From contig CASFQO010000011.1 of assembly GCA_949297145.1 (NCBI GenBank), positions 52,148 to 116,147 of the forward strand: a DNA stretch of 64,000 nucleotides, in the 5' to 3' direction. Position 1 is the stretch's first letter; each line of letters opens with the position of its first letter. A program made the position numbers and the translations under genes. Below the pieces are notes generated by a model that was not told where the DNA came from, searched no databases, and was given only the letters and a program-made list of their open reading frames with translations. Source of the stretch: an uncultured Alphaproteobacteria bacterium (GTDB lineage Bacteria; Pseudomonadota; Alphaproteobacteria; RF32; CAG-239). This document shows positions 40,143 to 51,170 of this stretch, piece after piece.

Positions 40143-41675
40143 TTAATTTTGAAATTTCCATTGTCCGGTCAGCGGATCATGCACACATTTACGTTTATCA
40201 AACTCAGGCTTCAGCTGATAAACAGAAGCAAATCTGGTCGGATTATAAAAAGCATTAATGATATCTTTGTCCACATAATGAACAATTTCCATCTTACCAC
40301 TTTCATCTGCAAATTTATTAAAATAGCTTTTACCAAAAACAAATTTCGGTTTAAGTCGCAAAATGAGCTCATTGATATTAGGCTTGGGAGCAATGCCCGT
40401 CTGTTCCCCAATAACATCCAATTGCCCGATAAGTTGCCAATAATAAGCCGGATCTTTTCCAAACAGATTATACATCATTCCATCACCGTTAAAAACATAA
40501 TCACACGGGCTGATATTTCTGGAAATATAATCCGGTAAATATTTGCGCTCCGATTGTGCTTTAATAACCTCTATTTGAAAAACAAAAGCCTTGTAAAACA
40601 CGAAATAAAGCCCAATGACTGCCCCCCATAGCCAAAGTGTATTTTTAACGGCAATTTTGCTCAAGACAGGTACCCCGCATAAAACCGCAAAATAAGACAA
40701 CAACCAATAGTAATATGAATAAGGTGAAAAATAAAACTTACGCTGCACAAATTCGGTTACAAACAAAACCATAATCACCATCCAATACTTGTTTTTAGAA
40801 ACAAGAGCAGCCAACGCACCCACAAAGCCAAGCCAAACAAGGACCGCCATAAACGGCGGAAAATCCACAATCTTATGCATTTCAAACCCATTAACCAAAT
40901 TAAGGTTAAACGTAAAGTTAGATGCATAATAGAGTTCTATCATATCATAGTGCAAAAGATACGCCATAAACGCCGCCCCACCCAAAACAGGTAAGATAAG
41001 AGCCTTGAGCATATCGGTTGTCTTGATATCTTTCACATACCAAAAATAAAGTCCCGTACACCCTAAGACAAAGAGAGGGAAAACTGCTTTTTGCGCAAAC
41101 ATAAACGACACAAAAAACCACACAAAAGCAATCACAAGTTGAGAAGTCTTATGCTCTTTCAAATAAGAAAAATAATAATAAATTCCCCCCATTAAAGCAA
41201 ACACCATATAATTGTCAGGTCTAAAATCCACCGCATATAATTTATACCCCGGTGCCAAAACCGCAGCCGCCATCACTAACGCCCACCTTTTGTCACACAA
41301 AAATTCCGCACCGATTTTATAAACATAAACTCCCGATTTTAAGCACACTAATAAAGAGATTAAGCAAACAATTTCGGTAATCGTGGCATTATAGGCAAAC
41401 AAATTAACAATCGGCGCAAACAAATACCACATCAAAGGGTTATGGTGTTGAAAAAAATCACGATAAGGCACCAATCCTTGAGCAACTAAAAAGCTGGAGT
41501 GAATATGCTCAATATTATCCCCGTTTTGCGTTGGAACATGTGCGGTCATAAAGGCATACAAAATAGCCACCGCTGCTAAATCAATTCCCAGCGCGATAAT
41601 GGGCAATTTCTCCGCCCAAAATTTCCCTATTCTGTTCCAATCAAAATTCTGCCATAACCGCATTATCTTTTCCAT
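40143..41675 (-). CDS. GT-C-fold membrane glycosyltransferase (ArnT/PMT-like)
   Basis: D..EH....LV.QG..PYRDFF.HH.PL loop, RPD motif, more than 10 TM helices. Confidence 0.7.
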   Translation of the reverse strand: MEKIMRLWQNFDWNRIGKFWAEKLPIIALGIDLAAVAILYAFMTAHVPTQNGDNIEHIHSSFLVAQGLVPYRDFFQHHNPLMWYLFAPIVNLFAYNATITEIVCLISLLVCLKSGVYVYKIGAEFLCDKRWALVMAAAVLAPGYKLYAVDFRPDNYMVFALMGGIYYYFSYLKEHKTSQLVIAFVWFFVSFMFAQKAVFPLFVLGCTGLYFWYVKDIKTTDMLKALILPVLGGAAFMAYLLHYDMIELYYASNFTFNLNLVNGFEMHKIVDFPPFMAVLVWLGFVGALAALVSKNKYWMVIMVLFVTEFVQRKFYFSPYSYYYWLLSYFAVLCGVPVLSKIAVKNTLWLWGAVIGLYFVFYKAFVFQIEVIKAQSERKYLPDYISRNISPCDYVFNGDGMMYNLFGKDPAYYWQLIGQLDVIGEQTGIAPKPNINELILRLKPKFVFGKSYFNKFADESGKMEIVHYVDKDIINAFYNPTRFASVYQLKPEFDKRKCVHDPLTGQWKFQN

Positions 41676-41760
41676 TTTTAAACCCAATAAACCAAATATC
41701 AGGCAGAAGTATCCTCCTCTGCCTGATACCTATTATCAAACAAAATTCTTACTAATACGT

Positions 41761-43902
41761 TTATAAAGCACGCCATTTTTTAACAACGTCAATATTCCGG
41801 TGATAAGCCTCACTATCCTTCATATCTTCTACATCAACAGGAAGTTTTGTACGCCAGTTTGGATATTTATCGATGTCTGTCCCCGGAAGATTTTGAATTT
41901 GCATAGATTGAAAAATATCTTCAGGCTGCAGCATAAAGACAATACTGTTCGTTTTAGCCATATATCCATGAACAGCCTCTTCAAGTCCTTCCGGATATCC
42001 TTCACCAAAAAGATAATCACCCTGTCTTCTTTTATCCTCCGGCCAAACGCCCTCCTTATCCATGGCATTAAGTAAAAGCCAACGTTCATGTTCGCGGCAT
42101 TTATAAGCATTTGTAGCCTCTTCTGGTGTAAACAATTGCAACTCTTTCATCAATCCGATTTCAGCCCCAAACCACCAAGCCTTAAGCGGCGGCATATCAT
42201 GCGTTCCGACAGAAGCAAAATATAAAGTTTCATATTCATTAGGCGCTTTAAATGAAAAGCCGTCATTTCCGCGTTCATTCCATAAAACACCCAAAGAATA
42301 AATATTACGTTCCGCCAGCATTTCTTTGAAGCCATCTGCAACATTACCGATGCACTCGCCCACCACAATACATTTATTCAAATAACTTTCCAACGCCAAA
42401 ATATTAAACATATCCTGCACATTATAAGCCAAATACGTTCCATCTTTACCTTTATCAGGGATCATATAAAGTCTGGACAATCCCATCACATGATCAACAC
42501 GCAACGCACCGGCATAACGCATATTCGCCCTTAAAATCCGAATAAACGGCTTATAACAACGTTCTTTAAGCTCAAATGGATTAAATGCGCCCAATCCCCA
42601 TTTTTGGCCTGTCGGAAAACAATTGTCCGGCGGCGCTCCGGCACCACTCTCCTGCATATAAAGATATCTGTCGCTCCAAACTTCGGCACTATCCTTTGAA
42701 ACACCGACCGGCAAATCACGATATAAACCGATAACCAGATTTCTCTGCTTAATTTTATCCTCAACCAAACGCAGCTGTCTATCAGCCTCAAACTGCAAAA
42801 ACTTAAAGAAATCAATTTCTGCCGCATGTTTGTGAGCAAATTTCTCTACCTCACTCCCAATAGATGAATGCAACAATTCATCTATTTGTTTCACTTCTTT
42901 CTTATCGGCAATTTTTTTAGCGTGACATAGCGCCTGAAAAACCGCCAACCGGTTTAAGTCACCGCTGTCATTTTTCTTAAAATCATGAAACTCTTTGGCA
43001 TAATCGGAATGAGCATTTTCCTTCACACGTTCATAAATATTTTGGAGCGCTTTTATTTTAGCATTATAAACTGCCGTATAATCAATATGTTCCTGACCGC
43101 GCGCTTCTAAGACGGCTTGTTCATCTTTGTCACCCGCCTCATAAAACGGCACTTTTTCAACATCAATATAAATAGGATTTAAGAACAACCTGCTGATAGA
43201 AGCATAAGGGCTCGCCGCTTCCGGATAATCATGTAACAACACGCTAAGCGGATTAAGCCCGATAACATCCCCGCCGCTATCTGCTAACAGATCAATCATA
43301 TTCTCTAAATCCGTAAAATCCCCGACACCCCAATTTCTTCTGCTTTTCAGCGAATAAAGCTGTATGGAAAAACCATATAATTTCTTTTTACCCTTTGTAT
43401 CAAGCTGATAACACTGTTGAGGAGCTAGCGCCAATAAAGTTTTATATTCGCCCTTAGCCGTTTTAACTTTAATATCATAATAGCCAAAATCCAACTGCTC
43501 ACAAATACGCAACTGCTTTTTAACATACGAAACTCGTCCCTCTTGCCGCGTTTCCAAATCAATCATTTCAACATTAAGTTTATGAAAATCATTTTCTCCT
43601 TCCGGCGCAAAATAAACTTCCACCCCGCTCTCAACCTCTTTTTGAGGCAAAACAATATCCATCACTGGCGCTGCATTTGTAACCACATAAACAGCTTCCA
43701 ACGCACGTTGCCATCTTTTCTTTTCCAAGCGCTCCAGAGAACGTGTCATCTCTGCATCGTTTTTAGCATCATAACCTAAGCTCTCAATAAAAAAGCGGAG
43801 CAATTCATCGCTTGCGACACTCGTTTTAATCGTTCCACCGCCATAAGTAAAACTTGTGCTGATACCTAATTTGTTCGCTAATTGATACAAAAGCTCACTC
43901 AT
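41761..43902 (-). CDS. malQ: 4-alpha-glucanotransferase (GH77), copy 2
   Basis: QLYSL, GDFTDL, SPY, GAPPD, RVDHVMG, THDMP, YPNWR. Confidence 0.93.
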   Translation of the reverse strand: MSELLYQLANKLGISTSFTYGGGTIKTSVASDELLRFFIESLGYDAKNDAEMTRSLERLEKKRWQRALEAVYVVTNAAPVMDIVLPQKEVESGVEVYFAPEGENDFHKLNVEMIDLETRQEGRVSYVKKQLRICEQLDFGYYDIKVKTAKGEYKTLLALAPQQCYQLDTKGKKKLYGFSIQLYSLKSRRNWGVGDFTDLENMIDLLADSGGDVIGLNPLSVLLHDYPEAASPYASISRLFLNPIYIDVEKVPFYEAGDKDEQAVLEARGQEHIDYTAVYNAKIKALQNIYERVKENAHSDYAKEFHDFKKNDSGDLNRLAVFQALCHAKKIADKKEVKQIDELLHSSIGSEVEKFAHKHAAEIDFFKFLQFEADRQLRLVEDKIKQRNLVIGLYRDLPVGVSKDSAEVWSDRYLYMQESGAGAPPDNCFPTGQKWGLGAFNPFELKERCYKPFIRILRANMRYAGALRVDHVMGLSRLYMIPDKGKDGTYLAYNVQDMFNILALESYLNKCIVVGECIGNVADGFKEMLAERNIYSLGVLWNERGNDGFSFKAPNEYETLYFASVGTHDMPPLKAWWFGAEIGLMKELQLFTPEEATNAYKCREHERWLLLNAMDKEGVWPEDKRRQGDYLFGEGYPEGLEEAVHGYMAKTNSIVFMLQPEDIFQSMQIQNLPGTDIDKYPNWRTKLPVDVEDMKDSEAYHRNIDVVKKWRAL

Positions 43903-43928
43903 AACAAACCCCTCTTTTTTATCTTAAA

Positions 43929-46004
43929 CTACTTTTTAATTTCAAAACAAAGAACCGACCACGCCGGTACCCAAATCTCAGCTCCGCAAGCAATTTTATC
44001 TGCTTCAAATTTAGCTGAGCTATCTAACAGCAAATTCCACTTAAACGACTTTTTAATATTCGGCAGCTTCCACTTTTGATGACTGCCTTGCGCATTAAGA
44101 ATAACCATAAACAACTTCTCCCGCGCACTGACAATATAAGATAAAGATTTTCGGTTAGTTTGGTACCAATCAGCATTAGTAAACTCTGTACCTTTTTCTG
44201 TATACCAAGCCAAATCTTTAATCCCAAGCTTAGCATCCACAACCTGCCCCGTAAAGAAGTTCCTTCGATTAAAGATACCCATTTTTCGCCGCAACCGAAT
44301 AAGATTTTTCACAAAACGGATATTAGCAATTTCCTCGTTGCCGATAGCATCCCAAACCAAATAAGAAATAATATTATCCTGGCAATAAGCATTATTGTTG
44401 CCAAACTGCGTATTAAAAAACTCATCACCGGCGCGAATAATCGGCGTTCCGAAAGAAAGCAACAATGTACTCATCATGGCTCTTTGGCGAAGCTTTCGAT
44501 TTTCCAAAATTTCCTTATTATCGCTTTCCCCTTCATAGCCTGAATTGTAGCTCCAGTTTGCATCACTTCCGTCGCGATTATCTTCTCCGTTCGCATAATT
44601 ATGCTTATGATTATAAGAAACCAAATCAGCAAGCGTCATTCCGTCATGCACAGTCAGATAATTAACCGAGCTCCAAATAGTTCTTTTACTTGGTCCAAAA
44701 ACATCACTGGAACCGGAAATTCGGCTAGCCAGTTCACCAACCTGCCGATCATCGCCGCGCCAAAAACGTCTGGTTACATCGCGATATCTATCATTCCACT
44801 CCATTTGTCCGGGAGGAAAGGCGCCCAACTGATAACCGCCAATTCCCACATCCCAAGGTTCTGCCGTCATTTTAACAAGTTGCAACACCTCATCCTGACG
44901 CAAGGCCATCAAGAACCCACTGCTTTGGCTAAATTCTTGCCGAACACGCGCTAAAGACGCTGCCAAGTCTAGTCTGAAGCCATCGACATGCATTTCCTCC
45001 ACCATATAGCGCATAGAGTCCATCACCAACGTCAAGACATATGGATTTTGCAAATTAAACGACGCCCCGCAACCTGTGCTATCGTAATAATAGCGCTTAT
45101 TGGTTCCGTCTAGCGTATAATAGCTTTCGTTATCAATTCCTCTGTAACAGAGTGTCGGCCCCATATGATTACCTTCAAGCGTATGGTTATACACCATATC
45201 CAAAATAACTTCCAAACCGCACTCGTGAAATCGCTTGACCATACGTTTGAAATTATTGATATCGGCATTAACCATATAGCTCGGTTCCAGAGCAAAAAAA
45301 TTCAGTGTTTCATAGCCCCAAAAATTATCTTTCATACCGGTATTTCTTTCTGCCATAAAAGCATTCACCGGCATGAGTTCAACAGATGTAACACCAAGCC
45401 ATTTCAAATAACCGCAAACACTTCTGCTCGCCAAACCGGAAAAAGTTCCCCGCTTGGCATCCTGCACTTTGGGGTGCAATTTTGTATATCCCTTAACGTG
45501 TAACTCATAAAAAACCGTTTTCGCAGCATCAACTTGCGGCGGCACATCACCGCTCCAATCAAAATCAGAATTATCAACCACCACCGATTTCGGCACATAC
45601 GGAGCGCTGTCTAACGTAGAAAAAGACAAATCTTTATCCGGACTATCCGTATCATATCCAAAAATAGCTTTATGCCAAATCAGTCTGCCGATAATTTTCT
45701 TCGCGTATGGGTCTAAGAGTAATTTATTAGGATTAAACCGTTTTCCCTTTGCCGGTTCATATGGTCCATAAACACGATAACCATAAACCTGCCCCGGCGT
45801 AACACCTTCAAGATAAATATGCCAGATATTATTTTCATGAACAGGAAGTTCATAACGTGCAAACTCTTTAACACCGCTTTTATCAAACAAGCACAATTCA
45901 ACTTTTGTGGCACCGGCGGAGAACAAAGCAAAATTAACTCCCCATTCATCTGCCGTCGCCCCCAAAGGATAAGCACGACCTTCCCAAACTCTAATATCTG
46001 GCAT
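43929..46004 (-). CDS. glgX: glycogen debranching enzyme
   Basis: PLGAT...GVNFALFS, NKLLLDPYA, DGFRLDLA, AEPWD, HDG.TL.DLVSY. Confidence 0.95.
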   Translation of the reverse strand: MPDIRVWEGRAYPLGATADEWGVNFALFSAGATKVELCLFDKSGVKEFARYELPVHENNIWHIYLEGVTPGQVYGYRVYGPYEPAKGKRFNPNKLLLDPYAKKIIGRLIWHKAIFGYDTDSPDKDLSFSTLDSAPYVPKSVVVDNSDFDWSGDVPPQVDAAKTVFYELHVKGYTKLHPKVQDAKRGTFSGLASRSVCGYLKWLGVTSVELMPVNAFMAERNTGMKDNFWGYETLNFFALEPSYMVNADINNFKRMVKRFHECGLEVILDMVYNHTLEGNHMGPTLCYRGIDNESYYTLDGTNKRYYYDSTGCGASFNLQNPYVLTLVMDSMRYMVEEMHVDGFRLDLAASLARVRQEFSQSSGFLMALRQDEVLQLVKMTAEPWDVGIGGYQLGAFPPGQMEWNDRYRDVTRRFWRGDDRQVGELASRISGSSDVFGPSKRTIWSSVNYLTVHDGMTLADLVSYNHKHNYANGEDNRDGSDANWSYNSGYEGESDNKEILENRKLRQRAMMSTLLLSFGTPIIRAGDEFFNTQFGNNNAYCQDNIISYLVWDAIGNEEIANIRFVKNLIRLRRKMGIFNRRNFFTGQVVDAKLGIKDLAWYTEKGTEFTNADWYQTNRKSLSYIVSAREKLFMVILNAQGSHQKWKLPNIKKSFKWNLLLDSSAKFEADKIACGAEIWVPAWSVLCFEIKK

Positions 46005-46032
46005 ATACCCTCTCTACAAAAATAAGACGCAA

Positions 46033-48333
46033 TTAATATCTGATATGTTTCAGAACAATCGTCGACAACGGCGGCAAAACAAGCTCAATAGAGTGCGGAC
46101 GACCATTGATACTCTCGTCAGAAGCAATCATTTCACCTTCGTTCTTAACACCGCTTCCCCAGTAATTTTTGTCATCACTGTTAAAGATTTCCTGATAAGC
46201 CCCGCTATCCGGAACACCAATCTTAAAGCCATGACGAACCACCGGCGTAAAGTTGCATACAACAATCATATAGTTATTGTAGTCATGTCCGCGACGAATA
46301 TAAGAAATGACACTGTCGTTTGCATTAGCATGGTCAATCCATTCAAAGCCTTTGCTATCAAAATCCTCTTCATAAAAAGCAGAGTTTCCTTTATACATCA
46401 AGTTCAAATCGCGCACACAATTTTGCATTCCTTTATACATCGGATATTGCAACAAGTGCCATCTCAAACTTTCATTAGAGTTCCACTCCCAATCTTGTCC
46501 GAATTCGCATCCCATAAAGAGTAATTTTTTACCAGGGTGTGTCCACATAAATCCGTAATATGCACGAAGGTTTGCAAACTTTTGCCATTCATCTCCCGGC
46601 ATTTTACCGAGCATAGAGCCTTTACCGTGAACAACTTCATCATGGGAGATTGGCAAGATAAAGTTTTCATTAAAGGCATAGAGCAAACCGAATGTCAATT
46701 TACCATGTTCATATTTACGATAAACTGGATCTTTGCTGATATAGGTAAGGGTATCATTCATCCATCCCATATTCCATTTATAACCAAATCCAAGTCCGCC
46801 CATAGATGTCGGACGAGAAACCATCGGCCATGCGGTAGATTCTTCCGCACAAGTCATAACTCCCGGACAAGTTCCATAGCACAATTCGTTCATCTTACGA
46901 ATAAAGGCGATAGCTTCAAGGTTTTCATTTCCGCCATAGATATTCGGGATCCACTCACCTGGTTTACGAGAATAATCCAAATACAACATAGAAGCAACGG
47001 CATCCACGCGCAACCCATCAATATGATATTCTTTCAACCAATAAAGCGCACTGGAGCAAAGAACATTGCTAACTTCTGTTCTGCCGTAGTTATAAATCTT
47101 TGTCCCCCAATCTTTGTGTTCACCTTTACGCGGATCGGCATGTTCATAAAGATGCGTACCGTCAAATTCAACCAAGCCGTGAGCATCTTTCGGGAAGTGA
47201 GCCGGAACCCAATCCATAATCACGCCGATATTAGCTTGGTGAAATTTATCAATCATATATCTAAAGTCATCCGGATTACCAAAACGCGATGTCGGGGCAA
47301 ACAATCCGGTAACCTGATATCCCCACGAAGCATCTAACGGGTGTTCACATACCGGCAAGAATTCAACATGCGTAAAGCCCATATTCATAACATATGGAAC
47401 AAGACTGTCTGCCAATTCACGATATGTCAAAAACTCAGAACCGTTTTCGCCTTTTCTGCGCCAAGAACCGAGATGCACCTCATAAATAGACATCGGTCTG
47501 TCAAAACTGTTATAAGAAGCACGATACTTCATCCATTCATTATCATTCCAGTTATAGTGATTAAGATCAAAAACAATAGATGCCGTATTCGGTCTGACTT
47601 CAGAATAAAACGCCATCGGATCACTCTTGGTTAAGATATAACCTTCATGAGTTTTGATTTCATATTTATAATATTCACCTTCTGTAATATTTGGAATAAA
47701 GATATCCCACACACCGCAGTTATAGTGTTTGCGCATCACATTAACGCGCCCATCCCAATTATTGAATGCGCCGATAACGGAAACACGTTTTGCATTTGGC
47801 GCCCATACAGAAAAGCCAACACCTTTAACCCCATTAATTTCCATAATATGAGCACCAAGTTTTTTATACAATTCCAAGTGATTACCCTCAGCAAAGAGAT
47901 ACTCATCAATATCACCTAAAATAGATGGGAAAGAATAAACATCCTCTTCCTCATAAGTTTCACCTTTATCATTAGTTATTCTAAACTTATAGGAAAAGTT
48001 ATCTGTGTTCATCACGCCGAGATTAATTTGATAAAAACCACGTTTATCCAACATCGTCATCAAGCCGAGTGAATTACCGTTTTTATCTAATAGTTCAATA
48101 GATTTTGTTTTTGGTTTATATGCACGAATAAAGACTTCTTTAGAACCTTTATCCCGATGAATGCCCAACACCGCCATCACGTTTTCATAATCGCCGTTAA
48201 TAATGCAGTCCATCTCATTTTTTGACAGTAAATTTTTCATCTCTCCCCCATTGCAGGAACTCAAAACCGCAAAGTCATGCGGCGTATTATTATTCTCTGA
48301 TTTTACAGTTTGATTTTTAACTGTGTTGGCCAT
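46033..48333 (-). CDS. glgB: 1,4-alpha-glucan branching enzyme
   Basis: WAPNA, YEVHLGSW, DWVPAHFP, DGLRVDAVASM, AEEST, SHDEVVHGK. Confidence 0.97.
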   Translation of the reverse strand: MANTVKNQTVKSENNNTPHDFAVLSSCNGGEMKNLLSKNEMDCIINGDYENVMAVLGIHRDKGSKEVFIRAYKPKTKSIELLDKNGNSLGLMTMLDKRGFYQINLGVMNTDNFSYKFRITNDKGETYEEEDVYSFPSILGDIDEYLFAEGNHLELYKKLGAHIMEINGVKGVGFSVWAPNAKRVSVIGAFNNWDGRVNVMRKHYNCGVWDIFIPNITEGEYYKYEIKTHEGYILTKSDPMAFYSEVRPNTASIVFDLNHYNWNDNEWMKYRASYNSFDRPMSIYEVHLGSWRRKGENGSEFLTYRELADSLVPYVMNMGFTHVEFLPVCEHPLDASWGYQVTGLFAPTSRFGNPDDFRYMIDKFHQANIGVIMDWVPAHFPKDAHGLVEFDGTHLYEHADPRKGEHKDWGTKIYNYGRTEVSNVLCSSALYWLKEYHIDGLRVDAVASMLYLDYSRKPGEWIPNIYGGNENLEAIAFIRKMNELCYGTCPGVMTCAEESTAWPMVSRPTSMGGLGFGYKWNMGWMNDTLTYISKDPVYRKYEHGKLTFGLLYAFNENFILPISHDEVVHGKGSMLGKMPGDEWQKFANLRAYYGFMWTHPGKKLLFMGCEFGQDWEWNSNESLRWHLLQYPMYKGMQNCVRDLNLMYKGNSAFYEEDFDSKGFEWIDHANANDSVISYIRRGHDYNNYMIVVCNFTPVVRHGFKIGVPDSGAYQEIFNSDDKNYWGSGVKNEGEMIASDESINGRPHSIELVLPPLSTIVLKHIRY

Positions 48334-49010
48334 AACTATAACTCCAAAATATAAACAAAAAATAGGTTACAAAATATGTATAAAAACAATTCAAAAAAAT
48401 TGCAAGAATTTTATTAAATTTTTTCACCACGACAAACTTCATTTTCCTTTTAAAAACAACCGGATTGCGCTTTAAAAGCCTTGCACAAATTTTCCATTCA
48501 AGAGCACTCAGATTCCATGCATTTTATCACCACTATTATCTACTCATTTTTAGCGTCAAAAACAACGATAAAAATAGATATATTTTTTGTATTTTTTTAT
48601 AACACATACGCTCTTTTTTGGATATTATCTCTTATATAAATCTTATTATTTGTATTTTCGACTTTTTTTTTGCACAAGAAACAAAAAAAAATTTTTTTAT
48701 TTTTTACATTCATTTTTTTTAAAATTTTCAGCCCCCAAAAATCTCATTTTTTTATCTTTTTAAAAATTCAAAAAAACAAATTAGAATCAAATAATTAAAG
48801 ACAATAATTTTATACTTTTTCACCCCTAAAAAAATCCCCTTTTTGAGCTTCAAAAATTTTTTTATTTTCCCCTCTTTTTTTAATCATTTTTTAATCTATT
48901 TATGTATATACAATAACTAACAAGCAAAGCGAAGAAAATTTCGTATTTACAAAATAAAAATTATATTTATACTTAACCTTGTTTTATAACAAATTATTTG
49001 GAGAATTGAA

Positions 49011-49226
49011 ATGACATTCAATGAAAATTTAATTAGAGAAGCTGCTTACTACAATTGGCAGAATGCTGGTTGCCCGTTTGGTCAGGATGAAAAGTTCTGG
49101 AACATGGCAATTGAACAAATCTATGGTTCAAAAGCTACCAAGTCTTGCTGCAGCACATCTTCTTCTTCTAAGAAGACAGCTTCTTCAAGCAAAAAAACTT
49201 CTTCTAAATCAAAATCTAAGAAGTAA
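49011..49226 (+). CDS. DUF2934-like small protein with Ser/Lys-rich tail
   Basis: IREAAYYNW...G.P.G.D..FW..A; SD GGAG; terminator at about 49246..49280. Confidence 0.8.
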   Translation: MTFNENLIREAAYYNWQNAGCPFGQDEKFWNMAIEQIYGSKATKSCCSTSSSSKKTASSSKKTSSKSKSKK

Positions 49227-49395
49227 GATTTTTTATTAAGAGCTTAAAAAAAGACCACCTGTAATTAGGGTGGTTTTTTTATATCTAAAATTCGCTTAAC
49301 AACGCAAATAAATTTATCATATTTACTGAAAATTAAGCTCTGAAATTCTAAACTATCTGCACCATAAAAACAATTCTAAAAAAGCGATAAAAAAG

Positions 49396-50622
49396 ATGAA
49401 AACCCTAAACCCGTTAAACCGACTAGACATTGCCTGTTTTTTACGTTCACAGCTATATTTGGCGCCGGTTCTTTTGCTCTTTTATCAGCAAAACGGTTTA
49501 ACCATCGCAGACTTTGTTTTATTCCAAGGAATTTTTCAATTAACCGGAATTGTTTTTGAAATACCATGCGGTTACATAGCCGATGTCATATCAAAGAAAA
49601 AAGTTCTGATTTTAGCTTTCACATGTTTCTTTTTAAGAGCCGTTTTGTGGCTAAGTTTTTCAGGGATATACATCGTCCTTTTAGGTGAACTTTTCAATGC
49701 CTTATCGCGTGCATTTTTATCCGGCGTTTATGACAGCTATATATACGATTACCTCAAAAATGAAAACAAGACAAAGCGTATGCTGAAAGAATGCGGACGC
49801 ACCAATTTTGCCATGTCATCGGGTGCTATGTTTGCGGCCATTTTCAGTGCAACATTATATGCCCATTATGGCACAACCGTTCTTCTCGGATTAGAATTCT
49901 GTTTAACACTCATCAGTATTCTCTTATTAACCTCTCTGCCAAATCCCCCTTCAGCTCGCCCGCATGCTAAAACGATTAAAGAGAAATTTATAGAAATAAA
50001 AGATACAACCGTTACCACCATAAAAAACAAAAACATCAACGTTTATATTTTATATTCAGCCCTTTTGTTTTCGACCACATCACTCTTCTGCTGGTGTTTC
50101 CAACCCTTGCTAAAAATGTCATCTGCACCGGTCATCATGTTCAGTTCCATTTATGTGATAAATCATGCGTTGCGGGCGACTTTTTCATACTACGTCAACA
50201 AGCTTAAAAAATTCTTTGGATTTAATCGTTTGCTGGTTGTAACAACATTTCTGTGCTTATATTCTTTTGCTTGCATGATTTTGAGTTTTTATTTCAAACA
50301 ACCGAATGTTGCATTCGTATGCTTAATATTCGTTTGTATCGGAATTGGGTTTCAACTAGCCTTTGCAATCGCCAACATCAATCACATCCACGACTATGCT
50401 CTTGAAGAGACCAGAGCCACCATCTCCTCGGTAAACAATATGCTTCAGCAAACGATTTCCGGACTTTCTTTAATTTGCTTTAAGTTCGTAATTGCCCCGG
50501 ACAACGAAACGAGTGGCCTAAGCTTTGCCTCTGCTTTCTCGTTATTTGGTGTATTTTACATGAGTTTATTTATTTTCTTGCTATACATCATATACCAACG
50601 CTCCCGCGAACCGGTCAAATAG
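49396..50622 (+). CDS. MFS transporter
   Basis: About 12 TM helices; FEIP.G.IAD...KK motif A; RATI.S. Confidence 0.88.
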   Translation: MKTLNPLNRLDIACFLRSQLYLAPVLLLFYQQNGLTIADFVLFQGIFQLTGIVFEIPCGYIADVISKKKVLILAFTCFFLRAVLWLSFSGIYIVLLGELFNALSRAFLSGVYDSYIYDYLKNENKTKRMLKECGRTNFAMSSGAMFAAIFSATLYAHYGTTVLLGLEFCLTLISILLLTSLPNPPSARPHAKTIKEKFIEIKDTTVTTIKNKNINVYILYSALLFSTTSLFCWCFQPLLKMSSAPVIMFSSIYVINHALRATFSYYVNKLKKFFGFNRLLVVTTFLCLYSFACMILSFYFKQPNVAFVCLIFVCIGIGFQLAFAIANINHIHDYALEETRATISSVNNMLQQTISGLSLICFKFVIAPDNETSGLSFASAFSLFGVFYMSLFIFLLYIIYQRSREPVK

Positions 50623-50732
50623 AGAACAGTATAGATAAATCATTTAAAAAACATACTTTTTCTTTAACGAAAAATAAAGTAATCATCCTTAAAATAAAGC
50701 CAATTATTGTTCAACCGTAAGAGGATAATCAG

Positions 50733-51170
50733 ATGTCTGCATGGATTGTTTTTTTAATTATATCACTAATTTGTTTCATTGCTGAAATATACACCCCCAC
50801 AATGTTTTTCTTGAATTTTGCCATAGCCGGAATTGTCTGCACCGTTTTGGCATTAGTAACTGACAATTACAATATTCTCGTCCCGATATTTACGATTTTA
50901 TCTATTCTATTCATTCTGTTTTTGCGTCCTTTACTAAACATCAATCCCAAAAAGGAAAAAGAACACACATTTGAATCCCAATACATCGGCAAAATAGCAA
51001 CCGCCATCACTGATATAAACGCCTTTTCTGGACGCTTAAAAATCTATGATGAAAACTGGGAAGCTCGTACCACAGATGAATCTGTTCCGGAAATTAAAAA
51101 AGGTTCAAAGGTAACCATTCTTCGCCATGATGATCTAACCATGTTTGTAGAAAAGAAAGGAAAAAAGTAA
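50733..51170 (+). CDS. NfeD family membrane protein
   Basis: W...AE..P..F, IGK.A, G.LK...WEA OB-fold; upstream of SPFH gene. Confidence 0.88.
   Translation: MSAWIVFLIISLICFIAEIYTPTMFFLNFAIAGIVCTVLALVTDNYNILVPIFTILSILFILFLRPLLNINPKKEKEHTFESQYIGKIATAITDINAFSGRLKIYDENWEARTTDESVPEIKKGSKVTILRHDDLTMFVEKKGKK

Noticed and set aside
46537-47337. 266-aa plus-strand ORF and other antisense ORFs over conserved genes
   Set aside because: They are antisense to glgB or other well-supported genes and have no independent signals.
48334-49010. Replication origin
   Set aside because: No TTATCCACA-type DnaA boxes were seen, there are no origin-linked genes, and no skew switch is apparent.
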